Notes under the pieces: model-generated
Told to the model about the DNA's origin: nothing
Database searches by the model: none
Seen by the model: the letters and a program-made list of their open reading frames with translations, nothing else
Shown: positions 1-13,065 of the stretch, piece after piece
How positions within the stretch are numbered: the first letter of the stretch is position 1
How the letters are laid out: every line of letters begins with the position of its first letter
Origin: Eledone cirrhosa
Lineage: Eukaryota
DNA: 64,000 nt
Assembly: GCA_964016885.1 (NCBI GenBank)
Contig: OZ024743.1
Span: 120,032,001 to 120,096,000 of the forward strand
Reading direction: 5' to 3'
Translations under genes and position numbers: made by a program

Positions 1-167
1 TCCAATTACAATCAGCATTTCAATGAGTTTGTTAAAAAAAAGTAATAATAATAATAAAATAATAAATAAAACTTTAGAAACAGCCACAAAACCAACGACT
101 AGAACGGCAATCGCTGCAGCAGCATTTATAACAATAGAAACACAGAACAACAACTACAACATCAACA

Positions 168-203
168 ACAAGCAGCAGCAGCAGCAGCAGAAGCAGCAGA
201 AGC

Positions 204-238
<35 letters not shown>

Positions 239-239
239 C

Positions 240-286
<47 letters not shown>

Positions 287-309
287 CAGCAGCAGCAGTA
301 ATAGTAGTA

Positions 310-342
<33 letters not shown>

Positions 343-343
343 A

Positions 344-405
<62 letters not shown>
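168..405. repeat. (CAG)n/(TAG)n trinucleotide microsatellite
   Basis: Direct reading of gcagca... followed by (gta)n. Confidence 0.97.
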
Positions 406-494
406 AAACAATTGTAATAACAACACAAACAACTACATTACCAACTAATCTTAAACACATTAGAAACGAAAATAACAACATACACTCATACATT

Positions 495-593
495 CAATGT
501 ATATGTGTATCTATCTATATATATATAGACATATATGTGTGTGTGTGTATATATATGTATATACATATATGTATGTATATACATATATGTATG

Positions 594-624
<31 letters not shown>

Positions 625-763
625 GTGTATGTATATATATATATATATATATATACATATGTGAGTATATATATACATACATGTATATATATATACATAT
701 ATATATATATACATATATATATGTATATATATATATACATACATACATACATACATACATACA

Positions 764-799
<36 letters not shown>

Positions 800-1018
800 T
801 GTACATATATATATATATACATACATATATATATACATATATATATACATACATGGATATATATATATACATGCATACATATATATATATACATATATAT
901 ATATACATATATATACATACATACATATATATACATATATATATATATCCATACATACATACATATATACATATATATACATACATATGTACATACACAC
1001 ACATATATATATATACAT

Positions 1019-1089
<71 letters not shown>

Positions 1090-1100
1090 CATATATGCAC
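495..1100. repeat. Compound (TA)n/(CATA)n microsatellite
   Basis: Direct reading. Confidence 0.97.
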
Positions 1101-1486
1101 ACATGAAAAATAACTGTAACTACACCTCACAGGCCACAACGCGTAAGATGAATAGCAAGTTAAAACAACAAAATCAATTACTACAAACAAGAACAATTAC
1201 AATAAAACAACAACAGCAACAACAAGGCAAACATCGACTAAAAGAACATGTTTTCTTGATTCTACTAGAAATAACAATAGAAGAAGCAACAACAGCAGCA
1301 ATAACAGTAACAACAGAATTTAAACCACTAAACAAACCACAACTGTGACAATGGCATAAAAACAATAACAGCAATGAAGCAAAAATAGTTATGACAGCAG
1401 AGCCACACGAATAACAACTGTGGGAAGGAGTACACTAACTACAATAGAAATTGTAGGAACTCTATAATAACGTAAAATCATTATAT

Positions 1487-1947
1487 ACCTTCGTAAAGAC
1501 CTGAAAATCCGCCTCTTCATTGCTGTAGTGGAGTATATGCTGCTGTACGGGTCTGACACTTGGACACTGACCAAGAAACTCACTCAGATGGTGGATGAGT
1601 GCTACACGAGAATGCTGAGGATGGCTCTGAACATTAATCAGTATACACTGAGAATGAAAAACTCAGAGCTGTATGGGAGCCTCCCAAAAGTCAGCTCAAA
1701 GGTGACACAGAGGAGATTGAGGTTAGCTGGACATGCTCACCGACATCCAGAGTTGACATTGCACTCAGTGCTCCTGTGGGAGCCCCTACATGGACACCCT
1801 GCAAGAGGAAGACCAAGGTTAACGTATGTTGATGCCCTAAGGACAGACACTGGTCTGTTGGAGACGCAGGACATGGCAGCGATAATGAGGGACAGAGACC
1901 GCTGGAGAGAACTCGTCCATAGATCTCGGGAATTTTACCTGCCCTAG
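1487..1947 (+). mobile_element. RTE-clade LINE, 3' fragment (post-RT C-terminus)
   Basis: LKIRLFIAVVEYMLLYGSDTWTLTK...RRLRLAGHAHR...GRPRLTY...DRDRWRELV are typical RTE C-terminal motifs. Confidence 0.85.
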
Positions 1948-1959
1948 AATATATATATA

Positions 1960-2058
1960 CAGGGTGTCCCCCAAAAATGTATACACACTTTGATTACCTG
2001 CACAGGCAATATTTATTAGAATGTTGTTGAACTGTGTATACATTTTTGGGACACCTTG
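1960..2058. mobile_element. 99-bp Tc1/mariner-type MITE
   Basis: TIRs CAGGGTGTCCCCCAAAAATGTATACAC / GTGTATACATTTTTGGGACACCTTG, with TA on both sides. Confidence 0.85.
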
Positions 2059-2065
2059 TATATAC

Positions 2066-2140
<75 letters not shown>

Positions 2141-2152
2141 TGTAATAAAATG

Positions 2153-2239
<87 letters not shown>

Positions 2240-2240
<1 letters not shown>

Positions 2241-2495
2241 CCCGAATCGATAAGATCCCACGCTCCATTAGCTTACCAAGTGGGGTGCAACTAATCAGAT
2301 CGAACCAAAGAAACAATTTTTCCATAGGTCTTTCCAATTGCTAAATACTACCTACCGGTCGCAACTTCTGACAGAAGGAGCAGCGTGAAATAAAGTGTCT
2401 TTCTCGAGGAGATAACACATCACCCGGTCCGGGAATCGAACTCACAACATCATGATTGTAAATCCAATTCTCTCACCACTAAGCCACGAGGCCTA
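2240..2495 (-). mobile_element. tRNA-derived SINE (CORE-like body)
   Basis: Minus strand has A box GTGGCTTAGTGG, B box GTTCGATTCC, then ...AAGACACTTTATTTCAC; same head as the 20246 copy. Confidence 0.75.
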
Positions 2496-2577
2496 AAGTA
2501 ACAGTAGCCAATCACTAAATATAACAGTTGAGAAAATCAGATAAAGTTCCCTTTGAAACGGGAAAAACTGGACAGAG

Positions 2578-2650
2578 GCACCTGTCGGGAATCGAAACTC
2601 GCATCTCTTGAAAGCCACGTAAATTTGTTAACCGCTATACTATGGGACGC
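2578..2650 (-). pseudogene. Degenerate tRNA-like sequence or SINE head
   Basis: Minus strand TCCCATAGTATAGCGGTTA...TTTCGATTCCCG gives A/B-box-like motifs; no intact cloverleaf. Confidence 0.4.
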
Positions 2651-3299
2651 ACACATCTCAAAAATCAAATGTTTCCAATACTTCTTATGTCAACTGTTTT
2701 GTCTACACTTCTAGCTACATGCTTAACAATCTCCTAAATGGAGGGAAATTGTGTCCAACCAAATCTTTATATCACGCTGTACTGTCTTAAAATGAACTTC
2801 ATCTATACTGGATGGTGTCCTCGCAGATAAATTATGCATAGTAAAAACAAACAAAACATACTGAAATATCACGACTGGAAATCTTTACTTCATAAACGCT
2901 GTCATACGCTTAAATAACAAGGATGAGAAGACTAACAAATTATCTGTATGTTATTGGAGGCAATGTTGTGAATATACTTTTGCCACAGTGAGTAATATTA
3001 GGTAATTTAACATAGGTACAATAATTATAATTTTCCTTTTTCTCAAATTTTATGGTGCTTATACAAAATAATACAACGAATATTTTTATAATATTAATTT
3101 TTTTAGTGGATTCATTTATTAAATTAAAACATCATTTAATAAAATTTGTAAATTTGTAATATATGTATGTGATCAATGATATTAATAATGTTTAATTATT
3201 AATTAATTACAGATATAACATATTGATCAACCCAATGTAAGGTAGAGTGACATTTTTAGCATGTCCAATTTACCAACAATCAGTATTAAAAGCATTGAT

Positions 3300-3490
3300 T
3301 GTTGTTGTTCTAGTTGTTGTTTAGTCTCAAATTAATCCTAATCAATTGAAGTTATGAGGTCAAATTTATTTCAAAGAACTTTTATATTATTTATCCAATT
3401 TTCAAATTGGTATGTGTGAGATGAAGATGGTTAGGCTGTGTGCAACATGCAGGAGAATTGTAGTTGGTTGAGCAGCCACAGAAAAGACCC
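3300..3490 (-). mobile_element. Degenerate SINE 3' part of the family ending GCTAAACAACAAC
   Basis: Reverse-complement tail ttgttgtttagtc; similar tails at 31370, 40670, 55200 and 55455. Confidence 0.45.
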
Positions 3491-4059
3491 CTTGCATCCT
3501 TGTGCTGTAAATACATGTTAAAAACATGTAGTATCAGTGCAATATCAAACTTTGGGATATACTCACACAGTTCTTGGTATTGTGGTGCAGGTATCCAAAT
3601 AACTACAGTTTATATTCGTTAACCATTGTCAGAGTTCTTTCAAGTCAATTTGAGTTAAAAAAAAAAAAAACAGTACATTGTTAAATAGAAAATACATATC
3701 AATTGACTCTATCGACGTGTTATAATACACTTCAGTATGAAACTACTTAGTTTAAGGAATTGAAACAATAACAGTTATATGTTAATAAGTTTCAGCATTC
3801 TATTATATTACAAGGGTAAATCTGATATTTTGCCCCTTTGTTAACCAAGCTGGACACTTTCGATTTCAATTCATCTACATTTCCGAGAGGTGCTGTGAGT
3901 ATGTATATATACACATATTTTTATTTTTCCGCTTGTTCTGTTCGCCTCGTTACTTTTATGAAATACACATAACAACGCATTGCTATGATAAATATTTTGT
4001 CAGTTTCGAAGGTGAACATTCGATTAACTGATCTACTCGCTAAATTAACGAATAAATAA

Positions 4060-4655
4060 TAGAGTATTCCATTTTGCGCATCGGTGTTTCCCTGAGGCTC
4101 GGCCCCCGGTTCTGTGAGCCTCACAAATGTTGCTGCGGATCCACTGTGGATTTTTTCGGTCTCCACCTACTGCCATTCCGTTACATTGATGGCCCCCTTC
4201 CACGCCATACTGCTCTCAACAAGATTATAAAGCATGACCTGAACTGAAGGCTCGAGCCAGCAGAGCTGGGCCGAGGGGACGGTAAAAGGCCAAACGACAT
4301 GACAATCTTCCCGTTCCGCAGGGATAGGCCCCTCATCTGGGATGCCACATGTGATACCTTCTCTAGCAGCAACCTGATGCTTTCGGCAACCAGACCCGGC
4401 TTCGCTGCCCGCTATGCCAAAGAGGGCAAACTGTCCAAGTATCGACGGCTCTCTGGTAGGATTGTGGTTGTGCCTGTAGCAAAGGAAACTTTCGGCATTC
4501 TTGGCACCAGGATCACATCCCTGCTCACTGCTATCGGAGCGGAGATAGTTACTCGCAAGTCCGAGCACCACGATGTGGAGTGGCTGTTCCAATGGGTCTC
4601 CCTCGCCGTCCTCTGAGTTAATGTCTTCTCCATCCTGTCGGTTGGGATCATGAGG
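4060..4655 (+). mobile_element. CRE-like non-LTR retrotransposon, C-terminal RLE endonuclease fragment
   Basis: Zn-knuckle remnant followed by RGDGKRPNDMTIFPFRRDRPLIWDATC...KLSKY...VPVAKETFG (PD-(D/E)xK type); paralogous to 36620-37300. Confidence 0.8.
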
Positions 4656-4829
4656 CGAACTGTCCCTTAAGATATGCCGTTTGCATCTTTCCAACCTAAT
4701 TTAAATTTGAAAAAAAGTCTTTTAAGACATCTTGCCTGTTTATTTTTTGTATTTTTTTCATTATCTTCTAAATACAAGTAAAGCAAATCTGTCCCTTAAC
4801 TTTTTAATCAACATCCTAGCTTTACATAT

Positions 4830-5070
4830 GAGCCCTTAACGTAATTCTCAGGTGAAATAAGTGTGACACAATATGTGACAAGGCTGGGCCTTTGATTTAC
4901 AGGTACAATCCAATGAACGTGTTTCCACACTTTCCATCTACCAAATTTCCCCCTCAAGACTTCAGTTTTCCTAGAGATTTGGTAAACAACACTCCTCTAT
5001 ATGCCAATTAGTGGAATCGAACCAAAAAACTCATAACTGCGAAGCGAACATTTCACTGTCCGACTACGCT
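4830..5070 (-). mobile_element. Degenerate tRNA-derived SINE
   Basis: Reverse-complement B-box GGTTCGATTCCAC near 5010-5022 and SINE-like body. Confidence 0.45.
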
Positions 5071-5350
5071 TCAATCCACAATGTTACAATAAACTCTATA
5101 TGTTTTATTGTAAGACCTCTCTTCCTGTACTGATGACGATGTAGCAAAAAACTGAGATGTTAAAGTTTCATACGGATATTTATTTTCATATATTAATACA
5201 TAGATTAAGCTGTTTCCGGTATACTTAGATGTGTATCTATGTATCTTTGAATGTATATATATATATATATGTGTATGTATGCGCGCATGAGTGCGTGCGA
5301 GTGTGGGGGTGGCTGTGTGTGTGGATGTGCGTGTGTGTGTGTATGTGGGG

Positions 5351-5391
<41 letters not shown>

Positions 5392-5579
5392 GTTTAATGG
5401 AACGCTATTCACAACCACGATAAATGAATTTTAGCTTGGTTGATTCAAAACATCTCCGATCAAAACGTTTGACCGACCCGGTCGATTAGATATCTAAACG
5501 CTCATGATTGGAGGGAAATGTTACTCGGCCACAGGAAATAAATATGTATATGCACTCACTGAAAGCCTTTGATTTTTAA

Positions 5580-5735
5580 TAATGGTTTCTGATTTAGGCA
5601 CAAGGCCAACAATTTTAGGCGAGAGGAAAGTCAATTAAATCGATCCCAGTGCATTACTGGTGCTATATTTTACTGATGCCGTAAGTATGAAAAGCAAATC
5701 TAACCTCATCGGGATTAGATGATCCAACGCCATCC
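5580..5735 (-). mobile_element. Older copy of the dominant ~185-bp SINE
   Basis: ttaggcacaaggcca...ccagtgcattactgg...aacctc similarity to the consensus. Confidence 0.7.
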
Positions 5736-5751
5736 TTTAATAATTAATAAT

Positions 5752-5930
5752 TGTTTCTACTTTAGGCACAAGGCCAGCAATTACCCAGTACATTACTGGT
5801 ACTTTATTTTATCGACCCCGTAAGGGTGAAAGGCAAAGTTAACCTCGGCGGGATTTGAACTCAGACTGTAAAGGGACGTAACTATGCTAGAAAGCATGGC
5901 GTCCGACTCTCTACCGATACTGCCAATCCC
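5752..5930 (-). mobile_element. Dominant ~185-bp tRNA-derived SINE with 18-bp TSD
   Basis: Head GATTGGCAGTATCGGTAGAG, B box GTTCAAATCC, body CTTTGCCTTTCA..GGGGTCGATAAAATAAAGTACC, tail GTAGAAACAATT; TSD cctttaataattaataat at 5734-5751 and 5931-5948. Confidence 0.9.
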
Positions 5931-6007
5931 CCTTTAATAATTAATAATAAAAAATCTTTCGATAAAACGTAATTGACATTTTCTCAAATTCATAAATAGA
6001 TAGAAAG

Positions 6008-6296
6008 TGTGTGTGAGAGAGAGAGAGCGTGTGTGTGAGAGAGAGAGAGAGTATGTGTATGTGAGATAGAGAGAGTGTATGTGTGTGTGTGTGTGAGAGA
6101 GAGAGAGAGTATGTGTATGTGAGATAGAGTGTGTGTGTGTGTGTGTGTGAGAGGGAGAGTGTGTGTGTGAGAGAGAGAGTGTGTGTGTGTGAGAGAGAGA
6201 GAGTGTGTGTGTGAGAGAGAGAGAGAGTGTGTGTGTGTGAGAGAGAGAGTGTGTGTGTGAGAGAGAGTGTGTGTGTGAGATATATATATATATATA
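6008..6296. repeat. Compound (GT)n(GA)n microsatellite
   Basis: Direct reading. Confidence 0.95.
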
Positions 6297-6371
6297 AATG
6301 AGATAACTAAAGACGCAGTGACTTCACAAATTTTTATGCATATTTCTATTTGTTCTCATATAGTACCAAAT

Positions 6372-6552
6372 ATAATTGTTTCTACGTTAGGCACAAGGCC
6401 AGCAATTACCCAGTGCATTACTGGTACTTTATTTTATCGACCTCGTAAGGATGAAAGGCAAAGTTAACCTTGGCGGGATTTCAACTCAGAATGGCAAGGG
6501 CATACGTCAAACCATGGCGTCCCACCCTCTACCAATACTGCCAATCCACCGT
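6372..6552 (-). mobile_element. Dominant SINE copy
   Basis: Near-full-length match to the 5752 and 42562 copies. Confidence 0.88.
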
Positions 6553-6607
6553 TCAAATATAATGTCAATTTCATTGCATCAAAACATTTTGTACTAAATT
6601 TCTGTGA

Positions 6608-6688
<81 letters not shown>

Positions 6689-6831
6689 CAAAACAGATAG
6701 GCGCACATGGCAAATACAGTGGAAAAACGGACCGTCCCATCTCTTCAGCTAACCGCTGGGATCCCTACAAAAATCATCCCAAATACGTCAACTGACAATT
6801 AAGGGAGAGAACGGTGCGCGAGAGCTTAGCC

Positions 6832-7142
6832 CTGTGGTTTTCAAACTTTCTTTAATCATGGCGCAAATTTTTAAAAAGTAAAAATATGATGGCACAGGTT
6901 GTTCTATAAATTTGAAAATTTATTCAAAAGAGTTTTCAGCATATTACCATAACATAGTGTTAAAAGTTTCTTGGCTCATTTTTTGCAAATTTTGTTACTA
7001 AACTTTACTTGTTTGACACTTGGACAGCTATATATGAAATTTCATACGAATTTCACTTTGTTTTTTCACGTGTTAAAACTTCATCGTAGTCTTTTGCAGC
7101 GCACCTAGTTACATCTTGCGGTTCACAGTTTGGGAAGCACTG
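6832..7142. mobile_element. hAT (Charlie-like) MITE
   Basis: TIRs CTGTGGTTTTCAAACT / AGTTTGGGAAGCACTG; 8-bp flanks gcttagcc / ggttagct (6 of 8 match, central TA). Confidence 0.75.
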
Positions 7143-7932
7143 GGTTAGCTAAAGAAGAAAAAACTATAGAGAGCAGAGAAATAGAAGTGTGCAAACAAAG
7201 AAGAATGATACTAGGCATAAAGAAGTAAGAATTATATGATAGCTTCAAGAAAAGCCCTGGTGGGTAACTCTATAGAGTATGACATATAGAGTATGAATTC
7301 AAAACGAGGGAGCGCACAACACAAAAACAATAGAAAAAAAACAACGGAAAAACAGACAGTCCCATATATATATATATATATATATATATAAGAACAAAGT
7401 GGAGGTGTTACATAGGAGATGTATTGCTCAATCCTAGTTACACGTAAGCATGAGTTTTTGTGTGGGGGATGGTGGTGTAATGGTTAAGACACAGTGGTGA
7501 TACAAATTATACGTAATTTAGTAAAATTAGGCTATTAACTAAAATGTGAGGTCTTGAGATCAGAAATGTATCAACAGTCTCACTCTACGGTTTCAGCATA
7601 TGTGGCATTCTCTTTGATTAATAAAACTGTGGTCTCTTTTGAAACACACCGAAATACATTGAAACAACGTGAAATATTTTGGGGGGAAAAGATATTTCGT
7701 TGAGTAATCAAAAATTATAGAGTAAGATATATAATGTTGAACCATGAAGCAAATAAGACAAGGTTTTGTAATTAATTAATCCAGTGTTTTACGATCATTT
7801 CAGAGGCCAAAAATAATATCGACATATTGATTAATCGATAACAGTTATGTAACTTCAAACTATATTAGCCTTGGAAAATATTGCATCCACTCTGCCATTC
7901 TTCCTCGTGTGAATATATGTGTGTGTTAAGTA

Positions 7933-7985
<53 letters not shown>

Positions 7986-8290
7986 GACGTAAAATAAGAA
8001 AATTATAAAAATTAACTTACTTACTAAAATTTCACTCCAACTAATTAGTTTCTGAAAGGGAATAAACATGGTTTCCAAATGGAAATCATGGAGAAGCCGT
8101 TTCGTCATCAGGAAGTCTGTTCTCAGCTAAGTTACCAGGCGATGCGTGGACACAGGAAACTTATACAAAAATAATTCAGTGGATGGAAAAACATTGAACC
8201 ACATTGAACCACAAAGTTACTAAGACAAAACCTATATATTTGCTAGCATAGGTATGCATCTGTATATATATGTTGGTAGATATACTAATT

Positions 8291-8402
<112 letters not shown>

Positions 8403-8423
8403 GTATATATATATATATATATA

Positions 8424-9034
8424 TATTATTAAGTGTAAGGACTTCTTTTACAATGGGATTAGCTCGAAGGAGGAAAATGCCCCTGAGCCGTGTATAAACT
8501 AATATATATGATGAAACACAGATACCAACACATCTGTATATATATTGCAAAAGAAAATTTAGCCAGAATGAAGTATACTAATTATTATACTACAGTTTGT
8601 CCATATCGATTTAAAATAATAAATCAACAAAGACGAACTGCATTGCCAAAAGGCTATGATGTTTAGACACATTTAAATTTCAAAATCAAACCTGTTCCGT
8701 AGATAAGTTTAAACTTTAAAATCCAAATATGTTTCGAGATAAATAAGTGTAGGAATATCATGTCCTGCTCTCCTCAGTAAAAATCCAGGGACAAATTGAT
8801 ATGCTTCACTTCTAAATAATTTAAAAGACTGTGTGACGCACATGGTTTAACAGTTTCTAGCTAGTCTCATAACCGTACTGCTAGAAATAACAGTCGTATA
8901 TATGAGGCGGCTTTCAGCTCAGACTAGGAACAGTTATATTATTAAGTGTAAGGAATTCTTTTACAATGGAATTAGCTCGAAGGAGGAAAATACCCCTGAG
9001 CCATGTGTTGGTATCTGTGTTTCATCATATATAT

Positions 9035-9043
<9 letters not shown>
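8424..9043. repeat. (TA)n-flanked element with a 70-bp direct repeat and a 41-bp inverted repeat
   Basis: 8424-8493 resembles 8937-9006 (direct); 8493-8533 is the reverse complement of 9003-9043. Confidence 0.85.
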
Positions 9044-9104
<61 letters not shown>

Positions 9105-9202
9105 CTATTTTATTTAATCGAAAAGTTACTGCGAAGTCTTCTATTTCAATTTTTAAATATACACCCTGTATATACATACATACTTACCTATGACCCAACT
9201 AT

Positions 9203-9257
<55 letters not shown>

Positions 9258-9259
<2 letters not shown>

Positions 9260-10148
9260 TTAAATATCGATTGAGAATAAGAAGAAAGCAAGAACGGGGG
9301 GTCCTCATCAGTTGTCTACTGGTGGTCTCGGTAATCTCAACGTTTTAATGACAATATATCTACCCCCAGAGCGTTCAATAACTGGGTAAGTTATTGGGAA
9401 AACTGAGGAGGGAGAGAAGGAAAATAGAAGGGAGAAGGGAAAAAGGGAAGAAAAGAGAAAACAGCGAAAAAAAACAAACCGAGAAATGTGCGAGCAACTT
9501 AAGGTAAGGAAATCCAAGACCTCGGCGGTAACAGAACTTAAGTTCGAGAGCGTGTGGGTGAACAAAAAGACACGACTGACCCCGGCGAGTGTAAGTGAGA
9601 AAAGGACTGCTATCCTATTCTCCATATATTTTATCATGTTTCGCTGTGACCCGTCTTCTCTCTCCCTCTAACTACCTATTTCGTTACTATCTACTCTTCC
9701 CCCTCTTTCTTCCTCTCCCTTTCTCCCTCTCACTTCCCCTCACCCTCTCTCTGCCAGCCATCTCATTGTTTCCCTCGCCTGACCTTCTAGCAGTCCTTTT
9801 CTCACTTACACTCGCTGGGGTCATTCATATCTTTTGGTTCGCCCACACGCTCTCGAACTTAAGTTCTGTTACCGCTGAGGTCTTGGATTTTCTTACCTTC
9901 AGTTGCTGCACATTTCTCGGTTTGCTGTTTTATTCGCTATTTTCTCTTTTCTTCCTTTTTTCCCTTTTCCCTTCTATTTTCCTTCCCTCCTTCCTCCGTT
10001 TTCCCAATAACTTACCCAGTTATTGAACGCTCTGGGGGTAGATATATTGTCTTTAAAGCGTTGAAATATCCGAGACCCCCAGTAGACAACTGATAAGGAC
10101 CCCCCCCCCGTTCTTGCTTTCTTCTTATTCTCATTCCATTTTTAAGCC
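9258..10148. mobile_element. Fold-back element with ~355-bp inverted arms in (TA)n, probably derived from a Penelope-like pLTR
   Basis: 9258-9611 is the reverse complement of ~9789-10148; each arm has a hammerhead-like motif; atcctattctccatatat follows both arms. Confidence 0.8.
10005..10105 (+). ncRNA. Pseudoknot-order hammerhead-like motif (copy with G8A)
   Basis: GATAT-A-TTGTC (10041-51), GAA-ATATC (10063-70), GACAA-CTGATAA (10085-96); covaries with 20887-20942. Confidence 0.5.
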
Positions 10149-10227
10149 TAACTTAACTACCAACTACACAGCCATCCTATTCTCCATATATGTTATATAT
10201 ATACATATATATATATATATACATATT

Positions 10228-10261
<34 letters not shown>

Positions 10262-10267
10262 CATATG

Positions 10268-10400
<133 letters not shown>

Positions 10401-10401
10401 G

Positions 10402-10483
<82 letters not shown>

Positions 10484-11031
10484 GGAAAAGAGTCAGGACC
10501 CCGATGGCGAGAGAGAAAGAAAGCGAGAGAGAGAGATGTTCGTATAGTGTATTGTATATACAATTGTAGATAATTGCATATCTATATCGTTGTGGTAATG
10601 ACGTAATATCTGTGACGCGAAAGTAGCAATCAATGCTAGTGAATAGTTTAGCAATGAAGCCAACTGTGAATATAAGACTAAGACAACTGCTACTTTATAT
10701 GGCATACAGCAAAGAAGAGAAACTGACCGTAAGATCAAACTGACAGAACGATCGATAGCAATAAGCGAATCGTGAAGAATTAATATAGATCAATCATATC
10801 AACTAAGAAGCGAATAAAAAGGATGTTGGTCGAGAAATCAATATAAATCAATCATTTACGCATGTTGTGTTTCCGAACAATTGCTCATGCGCATGTGTGT
10901 GTATATATGCGTAAGAGTGGATAATTGAGACAAAGAAAAGGTGTAGGATAGGGAAAGAGAAATGGGAAGAGAAAGTTTATAAATATATATTTATATACGT
11001 ATTACGTGTTTTGGAAACGATATAGTTCTAT

Positions 11032-11148
<117 letters not shown>

Positions 11149-11196
11149 TACATACATACATACATACATACATACATACATACATACATACATACA

Positions 11197-11229
<33 letters not shown>

Positions 11230-11917
11230 GATGACTATCCAATCGTATCTGAGGAAGACCATCACTGGTTATTAAAAAGAACCGTATTTCCAATGGTCGC
11301 TCTTTCAGTCTACCAGACTCCTGCGTGTCTTTTGGCAGACTTTACAAAGCTGCATGTTACGCTATTTAGTGTCATTAATTCACTGTGGCGAACTTTTCGC
11401 CTGGCGCTATGAATTCGTTTGGGATAAATATGACTAGAAAATCATATATGACCAATATACTACAGACCAAATTTAACAGTTTTGTCTTTATCGTCTTTAG
11501 TATGAGTTCATCATTTCTAGAACATTACATGTCTAGAAATGAGCAGTACCCGCCCCAAATGAGGTTCGTTAGACACATAAATAACAACCGAATCCCATAG
11601 ACTGCCTACGTGTAAACTGTTGACAACTAACTTACACGCTATCAGGTCTGCGTGCCTTACAAACTTCCTATGAGCACAGGACTTGGAGAAAAAGGACAGT
11701 GAATTAAAAGTGAGAAATTGTGAGTCTAATAGGGTTTCCATAAAACCTCATAGATCTAGAGACAAGATGAAGCAGCAAGATACCAGTGTCAATAATAAAT
11801 CGCCGTCTCAGGAGTGTGGAAGCGTCAAGATATTCGGTGCAAGCTAAAGATATCCGAAATTGATAAAACCACTCTCGGCGCATTGGATGCCTCAGATAAT
11901 TATATATATACATATAT

Positions 11918-12020
<103 letters not shown>

Positions 12021-12067
12021 GAAAGAGTGAAGAATAACATGGTCAACAGTACAAAAAGGGTTTTATT

Positions 12068-12233
<166 letters not shown>

Positions 12234-12236
12234 CAA

Positions 12237-12312
12237 GGGTTAGTGTTGTGGAGTAGGGTTAGGTTCAAAGAGAGAGGCTACGGTGAGGGTTAGGGCTAAG
12301 ATTAATGTTAAT
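12237..12312 (+). repeat. Degenerate TTAGGG-like repeats
   Basis: agggttag, agggttagg, gggttagggc units. Confidence 0.5.
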
Positions 12313-12331
12313 GTTTATATATGTATGTATA

Positions 12332-12935
12332 TTCTTCTGGTTTTATAATTTCACAAATGTTTGCCAATAGAGAGAGAGAGAGTCGGTTTCTAACATAGAC
12401 ACAAGACTCTCTCATTGGAATTTACACAACATCAACTAGGTATATATGTGTGCAAGTCTGCATGCATGCATGTGTAGATATGGATGTTATTGTATGTGGA
12501 TGTGGATGTTTTGAGTTGTATGCATGCATGTGTATATGCTTAGTATCTGTACATGTGTATATGCAGATATTAGATGCAAAATTTTTGGAATGTTTTACAT
12601 ATTTTTACTGTTCCAGTAATGGATTGTACTTGTAATTTCCTAACTAGTTGTGTTCTTTCTGTTCCTGTGAAGCCCAGCTTCTCAAGATTTGTATTGAGGC
12701 AGTTACTAACATATCCCAGTGCCCCAATAATCACAGGCATAATCTGAAGGTATAATCAGGGTGGAGTATGTGCAGATTTCTCATCAGTTCTGCATAAATG
12801 TTCTCCTTTTCACTAATCTTTGATATTATATTGGCATCTGCTGGGCAGCTAACTTCCACTACTGTGCATGCCTTCTTTTTCCCTGTCCCATATCATAATA
12901 TCTGGTCTGTTATGCCTGGATTTTATTGGGGTTTT
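12332..12935 (-). mobile_element. R4/Dong-type LINE 3' fragment, same family as 58003-62030
   Basis: Reverse complement matches 61535-62030 (ISKISEKENIYAELMRNL..., 3'UTR, terminal aaccagaagaa) and adds the KKACTVVEVSCPAD RLE segment; ends in (CATA)n. Confidence 0.9.
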
Positions 12936-13065
12936 TACTGGAACATTCCACCAGTACTCTTTCATATTATGTATATGTATGTCTTCCACATTACTGTAGC
13001 TTTTAATATATTTATTATCGGGGCTATCTTTTCTACGGATTGCATTTTACAATGTATGTATGTAT

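Noticed and set aside
74-1196. Long ORFs such as poly-L/Y/T and YIYI, also at 47076-48359, 52042-53425 and 31584-32505
   Set aside because: Translations of microsatellites that lack stop codons; no coding signal.
2578-2650. Functional tRNA gene (also the heads at 20246 and 40443)
   Set aside because: No intact cloverleaf; these are SINE heads or decayed copies.
5125-5155. CTGATGA as a hammerhead core (also CTGAGGA at 11249 and CTGACGA at 13706)
   Set aside because: No correctly placed stem II plus GAAA and no stem I.
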